Shown here: positions 58,002-64,000 of the stretch, piece by piece | How the letters are laid out: every line of letters starts with the position of its first letter | How positions within the stretch are numbered: the first letter of the stretch is position 1 | Assembly (NCBI GenBank): GCA_016931575.1 | Contig: JAFGEO010000099.1 | Location: 797 to 64,796, forward strand | Length of the DNA: 64,000 bases | Direction of reading: 5' to 3' | Source: Bacteroidales bacterium | GTDB lineage: Bacteria > Bacteroidota > Bacteroidia > Bacteroidales > UBA10428 | Made by a program: the position numbers and the translations under genes | Notes under the pieces: model-generated | Databases searched by the model: none | What the model was told of the DNA's origin: nothing | Seen by the model: the letters and a program-made list of their open reading frames with translations, nothing else

Positions 58002-58757
58002 ATGAATTTGCATTCAATTGAGCAGGATCCTGAGTATATCAGGCTTCAGGTTGAAATGGTCAAACTGCAGTATTGGCTGCAGGAGACGCATAAGAGACTG
58101 CTCATCATCTTTGAAGGACGCGACAGCGCAGGAAAAGGGGGGGCCATCATGCGCTTTATCCGGTTTATCAATCCCCGGCATTACCGGGTAGTGGCATTGA
58201 ATAAACCTACGGAAATGGAACGTGGGCAATGGTATTTCCAACGTTACCTGATCCATTTGCCTAATCCGGGTGAGATTGTCTTCTTCGACCGAAGCTGGTA
58301 CAACCGTGCCGTGGTAGAGCCTGTCATGGGATTTTGTACAAATGATCAGTATAACACTTTCCTAAGGCAGGTGGTACAGGTGGAGAACATGCTCATCGAG
58401 GATGGCCTTCAGATCATCAAATTCTGGTTTTCCATCGACGTCGAAGAACAGAAGAGACGGCTGGAGGACCGCAAGATAAATCCCCTGATACAATGGAAAA
58501 TGAGCACTGTTGATATGCAGGCCCAGTTAAAATGGGACGATTACACCTATCACAAGCTTGAAATGTTCAAACATACCGCCACCAGGAACTCTCCATGGAT
58601 CAATATTAAAGGCAACGACAAGGACCAGGCACGCAAGGAGGCCATGCGGTATGTGCTAAACACTGTTGATTATGGCGAACGGGGTGTCTCGGGTGAACGG
58701 CTTGAACCTGATCCGGACGTAGTAAGCGTGATCTCCGGAGAGGAAGATATCATCTAG
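58002..58757 (+). CDS. ppk2: Polyphosphate kinase 2
   Basis: FEGRDSAGKGG, WYFQRY, FDRSWYNRAVVEPVMGFC, KFWFS. Confidence 0.95.
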   Translation: MNLHSIEQDPEYIRLQVEMVKLQYWLQETHKRLLIIFEGRDSAGKGGAIMRFIRFINPRHYRVVALNKPTEMERGQWYFQRYLIHLPNPGEIVFFDRSWYNRAVVEPVMGFCTNDQYNTFLRQVVQVENMLIEDGLQIIKFWFSIDVEEQKRRLEDRKINPLIQWKMSTVDMQAQLKWDDYTYHKLEMFKHTATRNSPWINIKGNDKDQARKEAMRYVLNTVDYGERGVSGERLEPDPDVVSVISGEEDII

Positions 58758-60307
58758 ACAGTCCTGATAATTTCAATCTTTTCTTTCGCCCGGACCTCAT
58801 ACAGATCCGTCCTTCTGTCGATAAGGGGAGTAACAGAGCCCAGCTCCCGTTGCTGAGCCAGATCGGCAAGGTTCAGATCAGCAATGATAACCGTCTCGCT
58901 GTTTGGTTCAGCCTCAGCCATTACTCCGTTAAGGGGAAATCCAATGTCGCTTGGCGTAAGGATGGCAGCTTGTCCATAATTAATGAGGAAACTTTTTACC
59001 TGGGGAAGGTTTCCTGTATTTCCGGACATAACAACGAAGATCATGTTCTCAACAGCGCGGGCCTGGGCTGTATGCCTTACCCTCATGTATGATTTTCTTT
59101 CATCTGTGCTGAAGGGAACAAAAATGATCTCAACACCGGCCAGAGTCAGTAGCCTGGATATTTCCGGAAACTCAATATCATAACATACCTGGATCGCGAT
59201 GCGCGCCAGGCCCGTATCAAAGATGCGGATTCCGTTTCCCGGCTCAATACCCCAATGTAACTTTTCTCCTGGCGTAATATGGAGTTTATCCTGAGTATAT
59301 ACCTGTCCTGAGGGGGTGAATAAGTGAGAGCTGTTTATGATACCCTGCGCGGTTTTCACAGGATGGGAACCACCAATAATGAACAGCCCGGTCTCCTTTG
59401 CCCGGTTGATGAAAAATTGGATGTATTTTTCGGTATAGTTTGTCAATTCACGGACAGCATGGACCGTGTCGTAATTTTCAGGCATCGCCGAAAAAAGCTG
59501 TGCTGTGAAAAGTTCAGGGAATAACAGGAAGTGGCAATGGTATTCGTTCGCTGTCTGGATGAAAAAATCGGCCTGCCTTTCCAGTTCCGACCAGTCCGAT
59601 ATTTTACGCATCTGGTATTGTGCGGCACAAATGCGGACTTTCCTGACAGGAGACTTGATAGGAGTAGCAGAGATTTTCTTCCGTGAGGCGTTGAATTTAG
59701 GATTCTCCATCTCCAGAAAGGTGGCATAATTGAGACTTTCCTCATCGGTAAGGTAATCCATATGCACACCCTTAACCCGATAACCGGCCTTCAGGTGAGC
59801 AGAAAGTGCCGGGTCCTTCAGCTTCCCTTCCGTAACCATTTCAATATATTTTTCAGGACTTAAGCGTCCTGCAAACATGGAATAGCCTGGTATCCGGCCA
59901 CCTGCGACCATTCTCCGCAAATTGAGGCGCGTAAGAATTTTCTTCCTGGCTGAATACAGCTTTGAAGCAACCCCCTTTCCCTGCCAGTCAGGGAGAACAG
60001 CAATATCCGCTCCATAAAGGGTGTCGCCGGCAGGATTATGAGTGCTGAAGGTTCCCAGACCTGTGATCTCTGAGTAGGAATACCAGGGAGAATCATCATC
60101 AATCTGCACGATGAGAGAGGTTGCATAGGCTACAATGATACCCTCGCATTCAGCAAGTAGCTGACCCTCCGGGAATGCCTTAAGCTGGTACTGGTAATTT
60201 CTTTCATCGCATAGATCTTCCCTGGAAAATCTTGGATAGGCAAGGCGCTGTATTTTAATGATACCCGGGATATCCTCCGGATTCCATCTTCTGATCGTAA
60301 TTTTCAT
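58754..60307 (-). CDS. GNAT acetyltransferase / carbon-nitrogen hydrolase fusion (YhcX-like)
   Basis: FPEGQL, LYGADIAV, QGKGVA, GGRIPGY; nitrilase triad FPE / QDKLH / CYDIEFPE. Confidence 0.9.
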   Translation of the reverse strand: MKITIRRWNPEDIPGIIKIQRLAYPRFSREDLCDERNYQYQLKAFPEGQLLAECEGIIVAYATSLIVQIDDDSPWYSYSEITGLGTFSTHNPAGDTLYGADIAVLPDWQGKGVASKLYSARKKILTRLNLRRMVAGGRIPGYSMFAGRLSPEKYIEMVTEGKLKDPALSAHLKAGYRVKGVHMDYLTDEESLNYATFLEMENPKFNASRKKISATPIKSPVRKVRICAAQYQMRKISDWSELERQADFFIQTANEYHCHFLLFPELFTAQLFSAMPENYDTVHAVRELTNYTEKYIQFFINRAKETGLFIIGGSHPVKTAQGIINSSHLFTPSGQVYTQDKLHITPGEKLHWGIEPGNGIRIFDTGLARIAIQVCYDIEFPEISRLLTLAGVEIIFVPFSTDERKSYMRVRHTAQARAVENMIFVVMSGNTGNLPQVKSFLINYGQAAILTPSDIGFPLNGVMAEAEPNSETVIIADLNLADLAQQRELGSVTPLIDRRTDLYEVRAKEKIEIIRTV

Positions 60308-60594
60308 AATCGCTTTAGCTAGTATATTTTTTTGATCACAAAGCCATCCTCCGGAAGAGACAACGAAGGGTCATTTCGAAACACATCTTACTACTCATGG
60401 TCCGATTCATGGGTATTAAGCCGTGGTTCCCGGAAAGGACAGCTATGAATCAAAAACATTGCCATTATGACGGATTCTTTAAAATAGGTAACAGGTCCGG
60501 AAGAAAAAACGGCATAGCCGGGGATACATATAGTCGGGGAAATTCTGGCAATTATGGAGAGAGTAAAATATCTTTGAGTAAGCAGGGGAAAAGC

Positions 60595-61161
60595 ATGAAT
60601 GACAAATTTTTTCATCTGAAAGATGAGCAGATCATCGCAAAGATCAGGGATGAGAATGGCTCGAAATATTTTGAGGTACTCTACCACCGCTATTATCATA
60701 AGGTACTGGCTAAATGTTATTCCCTCGTAAAAAACAGGAAGCTGGCGGAAGAACTCGCAGAGGATATTTTTTCAAAGGTTTTTGAAAAATTATCCTCTTT
60801 TAAGCAGCTATCTTCCTTTTCATCCTGGTTATTTTCCATCACCTATAATCATTGCATCGATTACCTGCGGAAAAAAAAGAAAATGCACTATCCCAGCTGG
60901 AACCGGGAGAATGAGATAAGTGAAATTGTTGAGGATACGGAAGAGGTCCTTGAGGAAGTTAATTATGACAGGGTACTGCAAATTATGGAGCTGATCCACC
61001 CGGAAGAAAAAGCATTGTTACACATGAAATATGAAGATAATCTGTCGATGAAACAGATAGGGACAGCCCTGAGAATTAGTGAAGATGCTGCTAAAATGAG
61101 GTTAAAGAGGGCACGTACCAGGGTATTGTATCTGTACAGGCAAAAATTCCCCAGAGACTGA
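60595..61161 (+). CDS. ECF sigma-70 factor
   Basis: AEDIF.KVF, FSSWLFSITYNHCIDYLR, LSMKQIG..L.ISEDAAKMRLKRAR; TATCTTTG box at 60569-60576 supports ATG 60595. Confidence 0.92.
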   Translation: MNDKFFHLKDEQIIAKIRDENGSKYFEVLYHRYYHKVLAKCYSLVKNRKLAEELAEDIFSKVFEKLSSFKQLSSFSSWLFSITYNHCIDYLRKKKKMHYPSWNRENEISEIVEDTEEVLEEVNYDRVLQIMELIHPEEKALLHMKYEDNLSMKQIGTALRISEDAAKMRLKRARTRVLYLYRQKFPRD

Positions 61162-61212
61162 TGGGGATGTTACCTTTGACTCCTTCCCCGTCAAAAAGTA
61201 AACCAGAACGGG

Positions 61213-61611
61213 ATGAAAAGCTACCTGAAGAAAGTGCTGGAAAGTAACGGGATCGATCCTGGTAAAGTTTGTATAAATTCTTTTGAAAGGAATTTTGAAG
61301 GTGCAATGAATGTTGAGTGGTTCAACAGGGATGCTTACTATGAGGCGGTTTTCTATAAAAACAACCTGGAGTTTATAGCAAATTTCAGCCCGGAGGGCGC
61401 TTTGCTGGAATACCGGCAGAATCTCGCCCTGCAATATCTCCCGGAAGCCGTGCGGAATATCGCACAATCCAAAGGTGAGATTATGAACTGTGTGATGAAA
61501 AATGCAGGGAACTCCCTGGAATACGAGTTGATCGTCAGAGATAAAGACCTGAATCGTTTCCTGATCATTCTCTCTGAAATTGGAAAGCTACTCAAGGAAG
61601 CAGCGCTCTGA
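61213..61611 (+). CDS. PepSY-like (BLIP-like) domain protein
   Basis: F...F.GA.NVEW...YEAVF...ANFS.EG.LLE...LPEAV. Confidence 0.65.
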   Translation: MKSYLKKVLESNGIDPGKVCINSFERNFEGAMNVEWFNRDAYYEAVFYKNNLEFIANFSPEGALLEYRQNLALQYLPEAVRNIAQSKGEIMNCVMKNAGNSLEYELIVRDKDLNRFLIILSEIGKLLKEAAL

Positions 61612-61670
61612 TCCGGTATTAGCCTGGAAAACTGTGGCCCCTCGGCCAGACCCACAGGCAGGGATAATGA

Positions 61671-63230
61671 TCAGTTCTCCGGGTTCCTCTTCCAGTTATA
61701 ATACTCCTCCAGCAATAGCAGTTTTGCCATATTAGGCACCGGACCTGCATGGGGGTTGGTTTTCAGGTACATCACAGTTTCCTTTCCTTCTTTGTATTCC
61801 GGCCATTTTGCCAGTCCTTCCCCATTGGGATCACCCGTTTTAACAAAGTTTGTCCAGTAGGAGGCGACCTCATCTGAAAGTTTCAGGTCGGCCGGATCGG
61901 ATGATGGATCCAGATGCTGCATGACAAAGGGCACTTCAGCTGCATGCAGGGCGCCTGTGGCAGGAGCGGGCCCCTGACTGCCGGCAGAGGGTTTCCATTG
62001 GTCGAAGTAGTACACATAAACCTTACTTTTTCCGGTTTGCGACTGCAGGCGCGACCAGGCCCAGGTGCCATAAGCAAACACCATATCACCAAACAGATTT
62101 GCTGTTGAACGGAAATTGGCAGCTTCATCCCCGGCCGGGTAAAGTTTCAGGACGGACTGACTGAAAGGGCCGAAGTGCGTATCAATATAATCAAGGTAGG
62201 TCTCCTTGTCCATGGGAAATCCCCAGTAATAACCCTCATCGGAGTTAATGCCGACCAGAATATCGACATCGTTGTAATCACCATTCTGGTAAGCCGTATA
62301 AGGATCCTGATGAATAACATAGCCATCAAAAACCGGCCACGAGCCTTCGGATTTTGTGATCGAATCTTCCAGCCACTTTTCAGGAGGCAAAGCACGCAAT
62401 TCTTCCATGGAGCTTACCCCCATGCGTTTGGTAAATTCCAGGCCTGCATCTTCCATGGCAGATAAGGAGGCGAGACAGTCATGTGAGTTTCCCTGTTTGC
62501 AAATCGGGAGCATGGCTCCCCCGCTCTGACTGATGGCCCTGCGGAACAAGCCTTTTGTAAGTGGCGAGGCTGCCAGCGTAGCCACAGATATAGCCCCGGC
62601 CGATTCCCCGAAGATGGTCACGTTCTCCGGGTCGCCACCAAATGCGGCAATATTTTTTTGCACCCATTTAAGTGCCTCGATCTGGTCGAGCAGGCCATAA
62701 TTACCGGAAACACGATTCTCTGATTCGGCACTCAGCTCCGGGTGCGCCAAAAAGCCCAGGACACCAAGCCGGTAGGCGACATTTACATATACAACGCCCT
62801 TTTGCGACAGCATATCGCCATGGTCACTAGGAAGGGTAGGGCTGCCGTTAACAAAAGCGCCGCCGTGTATCCAAACCATCACCGGAAGCTTTTCATCCGG
62901 TTTTTTTGCGGGTGTCCAGATGTTCAGGTACAGGCAGTCTTCGGACATGTCCAGTTCGGGCATCCAGGGTACCCGGGGCTGAAAGGAGGCGGATGCTAAG
63001 ACATCGGCCTTGCGGACCCCTTCCCACGGAATTACCGGCTGCGGGGCTTTCCACCGCAGGTCACCCACGGGCGGGGCGGCATAAGGGATCTTGTAGTACG
63101 AGGTGATGGCACCCTCAGAGTTGCCTTCAATGAGGCCCCCCTCAATTTTTACCTGTGCCAGGCTGCTGGTGCCGGGGATCAATAGAGTCATCAGACTTAA
63201 CATTAGAAAGCTTCTGAAAAATTTGCTCAT
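61671..63230 (-). CDS. Carboxylesterase, type B (para-nitrobenzyl esterase-like), secreted
   Basis: IPYAAPPVGDLRW, SEDCLYLNIW, VWIHGG, FGESAG, HAAEV, GDPNG. Confidence 0.93.
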   Translation of the reverse strand: MSKFFRSFLMLSLMTLLIPGTSSLAQVKIEGGLIEGNSEGAITSYYKIPYAAPPVGDLRWKAPQPVIPWEGVRKADVLASASFQPRVPWMPELDMSEDCLYLNIWTPAKKPDEKLPVMVWIHGGAFVNGSPTLPSDHGDMLSQKGVVYVNVAYRLGVLGFLAHPELSAESENRVSGNYGLLDQIEALKWVQKNIAAFGGDPENVTIFGESAGAISVATLAASPLTKGLFRRAISQSGGAMLPICKQGNSHDCLASLSAMEDAGLEFTKRMGVSSMEELRALPPEKWLEDSITKSEGSWPVFDGYVIHQDPYTAYQNGDYNDVDILVGINSDEGYYWGFPMDKETYLDYIDTHFGPFSQSVLKLYPAGDEAANFRSTANLFGDMVFAYGTWAWSRLQSQTGKSKVYVYYFDQWKPSAGSQGPAPATGALHAAEVPFVMQHLDPSSDPADLKLSDEVASYWTNFVKTGDPNGEGLAKWPEYKEGKETVMYLKTNPHAGPVPNMAKLLLLEEYYNWKRNPEN

Positions 63231-63347
63231 AGTGGAGATTTTAGATGCGATATTGCCAGGATTATGAATTAAAAGTAGCAAAAAGCTTTCATTTTCAGGG
63301 ATTCCTCCGCTAAAAATGTTACCGGAAAAATAAGCAGATTATCCCCT

Positions 63348-63811
63348 GTGAACTTTGGGTTTATCTGAAAATGATTCCTTCCGGAGCAACTGGAACAGCT
63401 TGACAAGGAGCTTAGAAAGTCGGGACTTGAATTGATGGACAACCGGAAAAACATCCTGGTCGAGCGCATTCAAAATACCATCATTGAACTGGTTCACTAT
63501 TCCGATGAGCAAGTCAGGGTTAATCTGTCGGATTACCTTAGTGAGCAACTGGGATATGATTATACTTACCTCGCGAATCTTTTTTCTGAAGTGAAAGGCA
63601 CTACCATTGAAAAATTTTACCTGGTTAACAAGATCGGGAAGGTGAAAGAGCTGATCGTTTACAACGGGCTTAGCCTGACTGAAATAGCCAATAAGATGCC
63701 TTACAGTAGTGTCGCGCACCTGTCAAATCAGTTTAAGAAGATCAGGGGCACACTCCCATACATTTCAGGGAACTGGCAAACAAGATTCGTGGAAATCCCG
63801 GAGATGAATGA
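63348..63811 (+). pseudogene. AraC-family regulator pseudogene (5' stops, 3' frameshift)
   Basis: EQL...SGLELMD...YDYTYLANLFSE...YSSVAHLSNQFKK. In-frame TGA at 63366 and 63372. After ~63750 the expected TP.HF continues in another frame (TPIHFRELANK...*). Confidence 0.8.
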
Positions 63812-64000
63812 TGGTCCCAGACGGCAATGTTAATTTGACAGACCGGAACTTGCCATAATAAATATCCCGAAAGATATAAGGGCAACCCCTCCTTCGGAAA
63901 AAATTCAAAAAGACAAAAGACCGGTTACAATTATGATACTATGTCAATTGAATGACCTCTCATAATTATAACCGGCTCCTAAGTTTTGGATGTGATGTAT

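Noticed and set aside
58754-58757. Convergent ppk2 and GNAT-nitrilase genes sharing a CTAG stop overlap
   Set aside because: A common compact arrangement with no evidence of special function.

Overview
Chromosomal window from a Bacteroidota bacterium, probably Bacteroidales-like. This is inferred from TTTG-N19-TAnnTTTG promoters, a T9SS cargo protein and typical Bacteroidota gene families. In order it holds: a nitrogen cluster (asnB, asnA, amtB, P-II); envelope and housekeeping genes (MscS, M64 peptidase, two PPIases, a TPR-PD40-SPOR protein, clpS-nfeD-floA); and tRNA-Ser(GCT), preceded by a duplicated 5' tRNA half carrying precise insertions. Next come an MCP, a STAS-cheY-cheA operon whose CheA has an extra His-less HPt copy, an IS91 remnant beside an AT-rich cassette-like gene, several signalling genes and two AraC pseudogenes. 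A ~14 kb glycosylation locus follows (TMTC-like GT-C, GT2/GT4s, two sulfotransferases, flippase, pyruvyltransferase). It unexpectedly includes a TRAM-less MiaB-like radical SAM enzyme, a Twitch radical SAM enzyme and a membrane-anchored Zn deaminase. The window ends with an ion-homeostasis/ppk2/ECF sigma region. Intergenic DNA is rich in short palindromic and tandem repeats. No CRISPR array, rRNA or intact mobile element was seen. All calls come from motif recognition by eye, without database searches.
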